From: an uncultured Clostridia bacterium
Lineage (GTDB): Bacteria > Bacillota > Clostridia > Christensenellales > UBA1750
Length of the DNA stretch: 64,000 nt
Reading direction: 5' to 3'
Assembly: GCA_947625765.1 (NCBI GenBank)
Contig: CANQPP010000008.1
Location: 2,222-66,221, forward strand
Positions within the stretch are counted from its first letter, which is position 1. Each line of letters starts with the position of its first letter. Shown in pieces: positions 49,001 to 57,356 of this stretch. The notes below the pieces were generated by a model. The model did not search any database, had not been told where the DNA came from, and saw nothing but the letters and a program-made list of their open reading frames with translations. The translations under genes and the position numbers were made by a program.

Positions 49001-49638
49001 CCGCCCCGCGATGCCCGGTTGCCCGAGAGCTCGCCGTCCTCCAAACGCAGGTAAGCGCCGCCCAACAATGCCGCCGCGCCGCCCTTTTCCGCGCCGCAGC
49101 CGCGGATCGTGCCGCCCTCGAGTATGAGAGAGGCCTCATTCACGCAGACGCCACCGCCCAGGAGATCGGAGGCGTCCGAGCTCAAGATGTTCCCCTCCAG
49201 CACAGCGTTTTCGCCCAATACGCAGGTGGAGCCCGTCTGCAGCGCGATCAGCGGCGTGGAGGCGTTTTCCGTGCCCACCAGGCGCACGTTGCGCAGCGTC
49301 AGGCGGGAGCCCGGGTACACCGTGAAACCAGTGCCGTATTTTCCATCCGTAAAAATAGAAACGCCGTCGCCCGCGCCTTCGATCAGAATATCCTGGTCTT
49401 CATAAATATAGATCGGGAGGTCCAACGTGAAGTCATTCGTTACCGTGATGGTCGCGGAACCATAAATCGAAGCGAGCTCCTTCTCCAGCTCAGCGCTGCT
49501 TGAAGCGGTCTTGGCATCCGCCGCCGCCCGCTCGGGGACAATTAAACAGCCCATAAAAAGGACAAGGGCCAGCAGCAGGGCCGGAACGCGGCGGAAAGGT
49601 CTGGAAAAACGGGAAAAGCGCGGCAGCATGGGCCTCAT
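46081..49638 (-). CDS. large secreted cell-surface protein (beta-helix region, five Ig-like repeats, InlB-B-like repeat, two SH3b domains)
   Basis: Signal peptide is VPALLLALVLFMGCLIV. GG(x)xxV/N repeats in aa 150-300 suggest a parallel beta-helix. C-terminal LNLRSGPGTGY... and LNVRSGPGTEDRRLG...GWVQIDWKGRPAWV are SH3b-like. Start is ambiguous (49677 GTG, 49638 ATG or 49629 ATG). Confidence 0.8.
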   Translation of the reverse strand: MRPMLPRFSRFSRPFRRVPALLLALVLFMGCLIVPERAAADAKTASSSAELEKELASIYGSATITVTNDFTLDLPIYIYEDQDILIEGAGDGVSIFTDGKYGTGFTVYPGSRLTLRNVRLVGTENASTPLIALQTGSTCVLGENAVLEGNILSSDASDLLGGGVCVNEASLILEGGTIRGCGAEKGGAAALLGGAYLRLEDGELSGNRASRGGAVYVEPYGAAASVELLGGTIQDNAADESAVLCLETLPSYPSPSLTLGGNLTIEGNAANEQAEGLQLDGWNLPIPLASALTGRVELAISEKTPKDSAVFAGTAGHTLNAADAAAFSLPGGRAFSLKDGGLTVSEKPPLYLSGVTLEGEALVGSTLTAQLTVREGMEGTEKPALFYAWERGAGGEYKTISGAEGPSYEIDVEDLDYRLRVRVWQEGREDEAVCSAAVGPVELPPTPPMSGSVQIQGEPLATNKQQAKGADLPENAVFHWQIAESLGGKPFGEFRDIPGAEGEELTVLALWTGKFLRLRVTAEGREGEVVSEPVGPVRLLPLEGNVQIERVQAKDAASYRTGETLRVRLPLGLHKDWLGFQWEVCDRPDGDFEPIPNAYAESFTPGAALIGKYLRLVVVGRENYGNNLLSPVIGPLLPGNESVRFEIEGEALLGETLRARAVLIGEAAKQDEIEVYWQRAALADGVYETLPGSGNGEYTLQERDEGLFFRAWAPELEMYSEPIGPVKGRALAVTVYLEGAPQVGLPLTAVVEGATEKDSFLAVWEKRPKNGLRFQQIAGATGLGYIPNEGDVGSCLRVRVVGLGIWRGEAVSPASEPVAPAPPKKPVLKSVKAIEDLVLTAPLKSAEDTLRELYKQRSSVQAFLSDREEAVELPVLWTLEGSFSAEAGAVNRFRWELADTEGFTLPIEPYAAKSGGTSSTGGVICVTNGPLPAKTYAVTLEEDIRHGSLLPSLTQAEEGLWVRVTPQADMGWRVKEVYAYDPADRENTYVTLSEGKTGYGFDMPAHDMVIGAVFEEIPLQPVAGILLWSEEEEEEEPIREHVVLCEKLNLRSGPGTGYEKSGSLKKGQRLLLIEKSETETGSGAERWGFVLLPDGRTGYVSMEYIAPLSDCLCVIARTLNVRSGPGTEDRRLGTLKRGEWVYASAPEDGWVQIDWKGRPAWVSAMYLDCAQENLLPYLPYLEITE
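47182..48585 (-). repeat. five tandem ~90-aa coding repeats inside the surface-protein gene
   Basis: Each unit follows the pattern G(E/S)xL...(Y/F)xW...I(P/S)GAxGxxY...D.G..LRVRV...PVGPV. Approximate unit boundaries are aa 365-455, 463-552, 556-650, 656-741 and 745-832. Confidence 0.6.
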
Positions 49639-49767
49639 CCTTTCGGTGGGAAATTGGTATTTTTTTCCAGTATACACCGAAAGACGAAGAAGTACATAAT
49701 AAATTTAAAGAAAATATAAAATCTGGTCATATAAATTAGAGGAAAATGACAAATTTAAAAAGATAGC

Positions 49768-49811
49768 GTACTATTAGTACAGATTTTATCCAGAAAATGT
49801 ACTATTAGTAC
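49768..49811. promoter_or_regulatory. two identical 13-bp palindromes (candidate operator pair)
   Basis: GTACTATTAGTAC at 49768-49780 and again at 49799-49811, 31 bp centre to centre. They lie in the AT-rich region upstream of the surface-protein gene. Confidence 0.55.
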
Positions 49812-49941
49812 GCTTTCCGAAAACCTTTCCTCGCAGCCCTTAAAAGCAAAACAAAGGGTAAAAAACGCCCCCTGCGTAGTCGTTCTCCTACAACAGGGGG
49901 CGTTGTCTATTGTCTGTTCTTTCTGAGGCGTACGTCTTTTT

Positions 49942-51108
49942 TTAGGCGATGACGCGGACGCGGAGCACGCCGTCCACGCCGCGCAGCTTTTCCAAAGCGG
50001 ATTCGGGCGCGGGGCTGTCCAGGTCCAGCACGGTGTAGGCCACCGCCTGGTGGGAGCGGTTCACCATATTGCCGATGTTCACGCCCTCGGCGGCCATGGC
50101 GGCGGTGATCTGGGAGATCATGTTGGGGATGTTCTTGTGGATCACGGTCACGCGGTGCCCCTCCGGCGCGCCCAGCTCCAGGGCGGGCAGGTTGACAGAG
50201 TTGCGGATGGAGCCGTACAGCAGGTAGTCGCGGGCCTGCGCGGCGGCCATCTGCGCGCAGTTCTCCTCGGACTCGGGGGTGGAAGCGCCCAGGTGCGGGA
50301 TGCAGATCACGCCGGGCACGCCCAGCAGGTCGTCGCTGGGGAAGTCCACCACGTACTTGCGCAGCTGGCCGCTCGCAAGCGCTTCCTTCACGGCCTCGTT
50401 GTCGGCCAGCTCGTTGCGGCTCAGGTTGAGCAGCACCGCGCCCTTCTTCATCTTAGACAGGAAGGAAGCGTCCACCATGTGGCGGGTATCCTTGTTGTAG
50501 GGCACGTGGATGGTCAGGTAATCGGCCGCCGCGATCAGCGCGTCCTGGGAGGCGGCGCGGGTGATGGACCTGGACAGCGCCCAGGCGTTCTCCACGGAAA
50601 GGTAGGGGTCGTAGCCCTGCACCTTCATGTGCAGGTGGGTGGCGGTGTTGGCGATGCGCACGCCGATGGCCCCAAGGCCCAAAACGCCTAAAGTCTTGCC
50701 GTCCAGCTCCGGGCCCACGAACTGGCCCTTGCCCTTTTCCACCAGGGGCTGGACCTCCTCACCCTTGCCCTTGAGCGTCAAGGCCCACTCGATGCCGCCC
50801 ACGATGTCGCGGGAGGCCAGCAGCAGCGCGGCCACGGCCAGCTCCTTGACGGCGTTGGCATTGGCGCCGGGGGTGTTGAACACCGCCACGCCCTGCTCGG
50901 TCATCTGCTCCACGGGGATGTTGTTGTAGCCCGCGCCCGCGCGCACCACGCAGGCAAGGCTTTCGGGGATGGGCATATCGTGCATCTTGGCCGAGCGCAC
51001 CAGGATCGCGTCGGGCGCTTGGGCCTCGGCGTCCACGGTGAACAGCTTCTCATCCAGCTCGCTGTGGATGATGGGGGAAATGGAATTGAGCGTCTTTATG
51101 GTAAACAT
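49942..51108 (-). CDS. serA: D-3-phosphoglycerate dehydrogenase (short clostridial type with ACT domain)
   Basis: GLGAIGVRIA NAD motif, 2-hydroxyacid dehydrogenase core and a C-terminal ACT-like segment. Confidence 0.85.
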   Translation of the reverse strand: MFTIKTLNSISPIIHSELDEKLFTVDAEAQAPDAILVRSAKMHDMPIPESLACVVRAGAGYNNIPVEQMTEQGVAVFNTPGANANAVKELAVAALLLASRDIVGGIEWALTLKGKGEEVQPLVEKGKGQFVGPELDGKTLGVLGLGAIGVRIANTATHLHMKVQGYDPYLSVENAWALSRSITRAASQDALIAAADYLTIHVPYNKDTRHMVDASFLSKMKKGAVLLNLSRNELADNEAVKEALASGQLRKYVVDFPSDDLLGVPGVICIPHLGASTPESEENCAQMAAAQARDYLLYGSIRNSVNLPALELGAPEGHRVTVIHKNIPNMISQITAAMAAEGVNIGNMVNRSHQAVAYTVLDLDSPAPESALEKLRGVDGVLRVRVIA

Positions 51109-51113
51109 GGCTT

Positions 51114-52202
51114 TTATGCGTTCTCCTTCTCAAAGCGGTCCATGAACTGCACGAGCTTCTCCACGCCCTCGATGGGCATGGCGTTGTAGATGCTGGCGCG
51201 CATGCCGCCCACGGTGCGGTGGCCCTTGATGTTGACAAAGCCCGCGGCCTCGGCTTCCTTGCAGAACTTCTTGTCCAGGTCCGCGTCCCCGGTGACGAAG
51301 GTGACGTTCATGATGGAGCGGTCGCACTTGCGCACGGGGTTCTTGAACAGCTTGGACTGGTCCAGGTACTCGTACAGGACGGCGGCCTTCTTCTCGTTGT
51401 ACTTCTTCATCTCCGTCAGGCCGCCGTTGGCCAGCAGCCACTCGAAGGTGAGGCCCGCCATGTAGATGCCAAAGCACGGCGGCGTGTTGTACATGGAGCC
51501 GGCGTTGGCCATGGTCTCGTACTTGAGCATCACGGGCGCGATGTCCAGCGCGTGGCCGATCAGGTCCTCCCGGATGATGACGATGGTCACGCCCGCGGGG
51601 GCCACGTTCTTCTGCGCGCCGGCCAGGATCAGGCCGTATTTGGAAACGTCGGTGGGCTCGGACAGTATGCAGGAGGACATATCCGCAACCAGCGGCACCT
51701 TGCCGGTGTCGGGCAGCTTCGTAAAGCGGGTGCCGTAGATGGTGTTGTTCTGGCAGATGTAGAAGTAATCCGCGTCGGGGCGGAACTCCTTCTCGTCCCA
51801 GTCGGGGATGTGGGTGTAGTTGTCCTCGCGGGAGGAGGCGACCACCTTGATGTCGCCGAAGCGCGAGGCCTCCTTGATGGCCAGGTTGGCGAAGTTGCCG
51901 GAGTTGATGTAGTCCGCCTTGCCGGTCTTATAGGCCGAGAGCAGGTTCAGGGGCACCTGGGCGAACTGCATGGACGCGCCGCCCTGCAAAAAGAGCACCT
52001 TGTAGTTCTCCGGGATGGCCATCAGGGTGCGAAGATCCGCCTCGGCCCGGGCGATGATGTCCTCGAACATCGCGGAGCGGTGGCTCATCTCGGTGACGCT
52101 CATGCCCGCGTCGCCATAGCAGACAAATTCCCTTTGCGCCTTTTCCAGGACGGGCAGGGGGAGCGTGGAGGGGCCGGCCGAAAAGTTGTATACGCGGTTC
52201 AT
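51114..52202 (-). CDS. serC: phosphoserine aminotransferase
   Basis: MNRVYNFSAGPSTLP...GGMRASIYNAMP. ATG 52202 is preferred over the longer track ORF. Confidence 0.9.
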   Translation of the reverse strand: MNRVYNFSAGPSTLPLPVLEKAQREFVCYGDAGMSVTEMSHRSAMFEDIIARAEADLRTLMAIPENYKVLFLQGGASMQFAQVPLNLLSAYKTGKADYINSGNFANLAIKEASRFGDIKVVASSREDNYTHIPDWDEKEFRPDADYFYICQNNTIYGTRFTKLPDTGKVPLVADMSSCILSEPTDVSKYGLILAGAQKNVAPAGVTIVIIREDLIGHALDIAPVMLKYETMANAGSMYNTPPCFGIYMAGLTFEWLLANGGLTEMKKYNEKKAAVLYEYLDQSKLFKNPVRKCDRSIMNVTFVTGDADLDKKFCKEAEAAGFVNIKGHRTVGGMRASIYNAMPIEGVEKLVQFMDRFEKENA

Positions 52203-52492
52203 GAGCTTGATCTGCCTCCTTGTTCGTTTGCGGCCGGGCGCGTTTTTAAAAAGAATGCCCGGCCGGGTATCTTCCATTATAGTCCCAACAAGGGATCTCT
52301 TACAAGATGCGGCGGGGACTTTTTTGCAGGAATAAAGTTAAAACTTCGCATAAAAAGCGAAGGCTGCCGCCTGCCTGTCCCCGAAAATCCGCTGAAAATC
52401 CGTTTCCGGCAAAAGATAGGCGCTCCAAAAATGCAGGATGGATAAGCGCTTTGATTCATTAAATGCAGCGCTTCCTCCCAAAGCGCTTTTCC

Positions 52493-53323
52493 TTAGTCCG
52501 CCGCGCCGTCCAGGTAGATGTGCGTGGCGGGGACGGAGCCGTCCAGCAGCTCCTTGATGTGGAAGCGGGGGCTGCCGATCACCACGTGCGTGCCCTGCAG
52601 GGCGCAGGGCAGTATGTACTCCAGCTTGGCGAAGGCCCCGCCCGCGCCCGCGCGGGAGGCGCCCACGCAGCTGCGCTGCAGCTGCCGCACTTCCTTTTCC
52701 AGCGTTTCCGGGTCCCGGGCGTGCAGCTCGCGCACGATGGTGGCGGGGTCGTCCGGGTCGCGGTAGATGCCGTCGGCGGAGGTGAGGATGAGCAGCCTCT
52801 TGGCGTTCACCAGCCGTGCGACCACCGCGGCGGTCTCGTCGTTGTCCACGCACTCCACCACGTCCGCCTTGCTTTTGCGCAGCAGGCGCAGCTCCATCTT
52901 GCGGTTCTCCTCGAAGGAGACCGGGTCGTTGTAGTTGATGATGGGCACGGCGTTCTGCTCCGGGCAGCGCAGCAGGAAGCGCCGGATGAAGGCGGCCGTC
53001 TCCGGGTTGTTGAAGTGGGTGTGCTCCACCAGCAGCTGGCGCAGGGAATATTCCGGGGCCAGGAAGCGGCGGTAGTTCTCCATCAGGATGGCCTGCCCCT
53101 GGGCGGCGTAGTCGGTCTTGACCTCCTCCGCAGAGCCGGTCAGCTCCCGTCCCGTGCGCCGTATGTAGTCGAGCCTGCCGATCTCCGTGGCGCCGGAGGA
53201 GACCCAGACCATGCCGGGCTTAAGCTCCCTTCCCAATCGCGCGATGATATTGTAGTCCATATCCATTTCGGCCCGCTGGATCAGGGCCATGGAGCCGATC
53301 TTTCCCACCAGTTCGATCGCCAT
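52493..53323 (-). CDS. amino-acid-kinase fold protein (glutamate-5-kinase-like, no PUA domain)
   Basis: VGKIGSMAL, VSSGA and DNDETAA motifs resemble the ProB/AAK family. Substrate is not inferable. Confidence 0.6.
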   Translation of the reverse strand: MAIELVGKIGSMALIQRAEMDMDYNIIARLGRELKPGMVWVSSGATEIGRLDYIRRTGRELTGSAEEVKTDYAAQGQAILMENYRRFLAPEYSLRQLLVEHTHFNNPETAAFIRRFLLRCPEQNAVPIINYNDPVSFEENRKMELRLLRKSKADVVECVDNDETAAVVARLVNAKRLLILTSADGIYRDPDDPATIVRELHARDPETLEKEVRQLQRSCVGASRAGAGGAFAKLEYILPCALQGTHVVIGSPRFHIKELLDGSVPATHIYLDGAAD

Positions 53324-53580
53324 CGAATCCGCTCCTTTCCGCGTCTTATTTTCTCGTACTGGACCTTAAGTATAGCACAAAAACAGCGCTTCACACCATG
53401 GTAAACTGCATTCAATATGGAAATAACCTGCACAGTTCCGCACAACGGAACTCATTTGCAGGCAGGGCCGAAAACGGGCGAAAACATAAGCAAAAGCCGG
53501 AAATAGAAAAATATTCCCTTAAAAACGGCAGGTGGGTGGACGAGGTGCCGGGAATCGAGAAAAACGCGAGAAATAAGGGT

Positions 53581-53609
53581 TTGACGCGGGCAGGAACTTC
53601 AAGTAGAGT
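53581..53609 (+). promoter_or_regulatory. candidate promoter of the ABC exporter pair
   Basis: TTGACG (53581-53586), 17 nt spacer, TAGAGT (53604-53609). Confidence 0.4.
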
Positions 53610-53737
53610 ATACAGGTGCCTTTGGACCTTTGCATATGCAAGGAGAAAAAAGCCCAAGGACCAAACGGGGAAGGGCCAAAAGCCCTTCGGACGGGCCGCA
53701 GGCAAACAGCGGCCCCACCGGGGAGGAGAGACAAGGT

Positions 53738-55483
53738 TTGAACGTGTTTAAACGCATAGCGCAGCTGTGCAAACCCCACGCGCGGTACGTCGTGATCGGC
53801 ACCATCTTCCTGCTCCTGGCCAACGCCACCAGGCTGATCGCCCCGCGCATCACGGGCTATCTGGTGGACGACGTGATCGAGGGCGGCCAGGATGGGCTCC
53901 TGATGCCCCTGTGCGTCGCGCTGATCGTGCTGACCGTCCTGCGCGCCGTGGGCAACTACGTGCGCGGCGTCTGCTTTGAGCGGCTGAGCCAGAACTTCGT
54001 GTTCGACATGCGCACCACGCTCTACGACCACCTGCAGGAGATGTCCTACAGCTTCTACGACACCAACTACATCGGCGAGATCATGTCCCGCATGACCGGC
54101 GATATCGAGGGCCTGCGCAACATGCTGGCCGGCGGCATCGTGCAGCTGAGCGAGAACCTGATCTGGTTCGTGGGCTCCCTCATCCTGCTGTTCTTCCTAA
54201 GCTGGCGCCTGGCGCTGCTGATGGTGCTGGTGGCGCCCATCGTGGCCATCGTGGCGGTCCTGTTCCGCCGCAAGATCCACCCGGCCTTCCGCGACCTGCG
54301 CGAGCAGAACGCCGTGCTTTCCACCCGCACCCAGGAGAACATCTCCGGCGCGCGCGTGGTCAAGGCCTTCGCCCAGGAAGAATACGAAAAGAAGATGTTC
54401 CGCCACGAGAACCAGGAGCAGCTGCGCCTGGCGCTGCGCACCACCTTCATCTGGTCGGACTACGTGCCCGTTCTGGACGTGCTGGGCAACCTCTGCACGC
54501 CCTTGCTTCTGGGCGTGGGCGGCCTGATGGTGATCCGCGGCTCCATGTCCCTGGGCGAGCTCATCACCTTCAACGGCTACATCTGGATGATCACCGGCCC
54601 AATGCGCTCCCTGGGCAACCTGATGAACATGTTCACCAACGCCCATACCTCCGCGGAAAAGCTGTTCTACTATAAGGACCTGGGCGCCAGCATCCGCGAC
54701 AAGCAGCAGACCCGCTTCCCGGAGAAATTTAAGGGCCACGTGGTGTTCGACCACGTGAACTTCAGCTACGGCGACCAGATGGTCTTAAAGGACATCTGCA
54801 TCGACGTGCCCGCCGGCTCCACCATCGCGGTGATGGGCGAGACCGGCAGCGGCAAGACCTCCGTGGTGAACCTGCTTGGCCGCTTCTACGAGTGCCAGAG
54901 CGGCAGCGTCTCCATAGACGGCGTGGACGTCAAGGACATGCCCATGAAGAAGCTGCGCGACCGCGTGGGCTACGTCATGCAGGAGACCTTCCTCTTCTCC
55001 GAGAGCATCGAGAACAACATCCGCTTCGGCAGGCCCGAGGCGCCAATGGACGAGGTCAAACGCGCCGCCGAGGCCGCGCAGGCCCGGGAGTTCATCGAGG
55101 AGATGCCCGACACCTACGACACCATCGTGGGCGAGAGGGGCATGGGCCTCTCCGGCGGCCAGAAGCAGCGCATCGCCATCGCCCGCGCCATCCAGTACGA
55201 CCCCGCGATCCTGGTGCTGGACGACTCCACCTCCGCCGTGGATATGGAGACCGAGCACGAGATACAGCAAAGGCTCAAGGACGTGATGAAGGACCGCACC
55301 ACGTTCATCATCGCGCACCGCATCTCCTCGGTCAAGAACGCCGACCAGATCGTGGTGCTCAAGGAAGGCCGCATCGTCGAGCGCGGCAACCACAGGTCGC
55401 TGCTCGAGCAGAAGGGCCTGTACTACCGCATGGTGCAGGACCAGTACAAGGATGCGGCCAGCCTCGGAAAGGGGGTGCTGTAA
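53738..55483 (+). CDS. ABC exporter, fused permease/ATPase (type I, heterodimer partner 1)
   Basis: Six-TM domain plus [23 protein letters not shown] and LVLDDSTSAVD. TTG 53738 lies 8 nt after GGAGGAGAG; the track ORF starts at 53630 without an RBS. Confidence 0.85.
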   Translation: MNVFKRIAQLCKPHARYVVIGTIFLLLANATRLIAPRITGYLVDDVIEGGQDGLLMPLCVALIVLTVLRAVGNYVRGVCFERLSQNFVFDMRTTLYDHLQEMSYSFYDTNYIGEIMSRMTGDIEGLRNMLAGGIVQLSENLIWFVGSLILLFFLSWRLALLMVLVAPIVAIVAVLFRRKIHPAFRDLREQNAVLSTRTQENISGARVVKAFAQEEYEKKMFRHENQEQLRLALRTTFIWSDYVPVLDVLGNLCTPLLLGVGGLMVIRGSMSLGELITFNGYIWMITGPMRSLGNLMNMFTNAHTSAEKLFYYKDLGASIRDKQQTRFPEKFKGHVVFDHVNFSYGDQMVLKDICIDVPAGSTIAVMGETGSGKTSVVNLLGRFYECQSGSVSIDGVDVKDMPMKKLRDRVGYVMQETFLFSESIENNIRFGRPEAPMDEVKRAAEAAQAREFIEEMPDTYDTIVGERGMGLSGGQKQRIAIARAIQYDPAILVLDDSTSAVDMETEHEIQQRLKDVMKDRTTFIIAHRISSVKNADQIVVLKEGRIVERGNHRSLLEQKGLYYRMVQDQYKDAASLGKGVL

Positions 55484-55484
55484 G

Positions 55485-57278
55485 ATGCCAAGACTGCGCG
55501 TCATCGACGACGAGGTCATCGAAAGACCGTTTAACGCCAAGGAGCTTCTGCGCCTGTTCAGCTACCTAAAGCCCTACAAGTGGTCCGTGGTCATCGCCTG
55601 CACGCTGATGGTGATCGCGGCCGTGGCCAGCCTGGCCATGCCGTACCTTATGTCCATCGCCGTGGACGACATCACCGTGGGGGATTTGAGCCGCTTCCCC
55701 GTTTTGATCATCTCCATGGTGGTCGTGGCCCTGGTCTCCGGCCTGTGCATCCGCTACCGCGCCAGGATCCTGGACACCGCCGGCCGCAAGGCCATCGCGG
55801 ACTTAAGGCAGCACCTGTTCAACCACGTGCAGGACCTGAGCTTCTCCTTCTTCGACAGCCGCAGCGCCGGCAAGATCATGGTGCGCATCATCAACGACGT
55901 CAACTCCCTGATGGACCTGCTCACCAACGGCATCGTGAACGTCTTGATCGACTGCGTGACGCTGATCCTGCTGGTGGTGCTCATGTTCACCGTGGACTGG
56001 AAGCTCACGCTCATCTCCATGTCCACGCTGCCCATCATGCTGCTCATCCTCTTTGGCCTAAAGCGCAAGATGCGCAAGAACTGGCAGACCGTGCGCGCCA
56101 AGATCTCCAACATGAACGGCTATCTGCACGAGAGCCTCTCCGGCATGCGCGTCACCCAGGCCTTCACCCGCGAAAAGGTGAACTCCGAGATCTTCACCGA
56201 CACCAACATGGACATCCGCGAGTCCTGGGTCAAGGCCATCAAGTTGAACGGCCTGTTCTGGCCCTGCCTGGACACCATCTCCGCCATCGGCACGGTGCTG
56301 GTCTACATATTCGGCGTGGCCATGCTCCAGAGCCGCATAGGGCCGCAGGGTATCACCGTGGGCACGCTCATGCTGATCCTCTGGTACTTGGGCCGCTTCT
56401 GGGAGCCCCTTAACAACCTCTCCAACTTCTACAACAACCTGCTGGTGGCCATGGCCTCCACAGAGCGCATCTTCGAGATACTGGATACCCCCGTGGAGAT
56501 CGCCTCCAAGGAGGGCGCAAAGGATCTGCCCCCCATCGAGGGCCACGTGGAGTTCGACCACGTCACCTTCAGCTACGATAAGGACAAGGTGGTCCTAAAG
56601 GACGTCAGCTTCAACGTCACGCCCGGCCAGACCATCGCCCTGGTAGGCCCCACCGGCGCGGGCAAGTCCACCGTGGTCAACCTGATCTCCCGCTTCTACG
56701 ACGTGACCGGCGGCAGCGTCCGCATCGACGGCCACGACGTGCGCGACGTGGACCTGCACTCCCTGCGCGACCAGATGTCGGTCATGATGCAGGACAGCTT
56801 CATCTTCTCCGGCACCATCATGGACAACATCCGCTACGGCCGCCTGGACGCCACCGACGAGGAGGTCATGGAGGCCGCCAAGGCCGTCAACGTGCACGAC
56901 ACCATCATGGAGATGGAAAAGGGCTACTACACCGAGGTCAACGAGCGCGGCTCCCGCCTGTCCGTGGGCCAGAGGCAGCTCATCTCCTTCGCGCGCGCCC
57001 TGCTCAACGACCCGCGCATCCTGATCCTGGACGAGGCCACCTCTTCCATCGACACCCACACCGAGATCCTCATCCAGCAGGCGCTGGAAGTGCTGCTGCG
57101 CGGCCGCACCTCCTTCGTCATCGCCCACCGCCTTTCCACCATCCGCAAGGCGGACTGCATCATGGTGGTGCAGGACGGCAAGATCCTGGAGCGCGGCACC
57201 CATGACGAGCTGATCGCCGCCAAGGGCGAATACTTCAAGCTCTGCGACGCCCAGTACCGCTTCCTCCGCGAGGCTTAA
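55485..57278 (+). CDS. ABC exporter, fused permease/ATPase (heterodimer partner 2)
   Basis: GPTGAGKST, LSVGQRQLISFARA and LILDEATSSID. ATG lies 1 nt after the upstream stop. Confidence 0.85.
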   Translation: MPRLRVIDDEVIERPFNAKELLRLFSYLKPYKWSVVIACTLMVIAAVASLAMPYLMSIAVDDITVGDLSRFPVLIISMVVVALVSGLCIRYRARILDTAGRKAIADLRQHLFNHVQDLSFSFFDSRSAGKIMVRIINDVNSLMDLLTNGIVNVLIDCVTLILLVVLMFTVDWKLTLISMSTLPIMLLILFGLKRKMRKNWQTVRAKISNMNGYLHESLSGMRVTQAFTREKVNSEIFTDTNMDIRESWVKAIKLNGLFWPCLDTISAIGTVLVYIFGVAMLQSRIGPQGITVGTLMLILWYLGRFWEPLNNLSNFYNNLLVAMASTERIFEILDTPVEIASKEGAKDLPPIEGHVEFDHVTFSYDKDKVVLKDVSFNVTPGQTIALVGPTGAGKSTVVNLISRFYDVTGGSVRIDGHDVRDVDLHSLRDQMSVMMQDSFIFSGTIMDNIRYGRLDATDEEVMEAAKAVNVHDTIMEMEKGYYTEVNERGSRLSVGQRQLISFARALLNDPRILILDEATSSIDTHTEILIQQALEVLLRGRTSFVIAHRLSTIRKADCIMVVQDGKILERGTHDELIAAKGEYFKLCDAQYRFLREA

Positions 57279-57291
57279 AAACCCCGACAGA

Positions 57292-57322
57292 AACGGACCC
57301 CCGACATAACGCCGGGGGTCCG
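57292..57322. terminator. bidirectional intrinsic terminator
   Basis: ACGGACCCCCG-acataacgc-CGGGGGTCCGT followed by TTTCG. It lies between convergent genes. Confidence 0.75.
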
Positions 57323-57356
57323 TTTTCGTGCGCTTCTTTTTATTAGGAGCGGCGGC

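Noticed and set aside
53398-53751. 117-aa (+) and 97-aa (-) ORFs in the kinase/exporter divergent intergenic region
   Set aside because: They have no RBS and give Lys/Arg-rich or odd hydrophobic translations. The region is better explained as promoters and a leader for the flanking genes.
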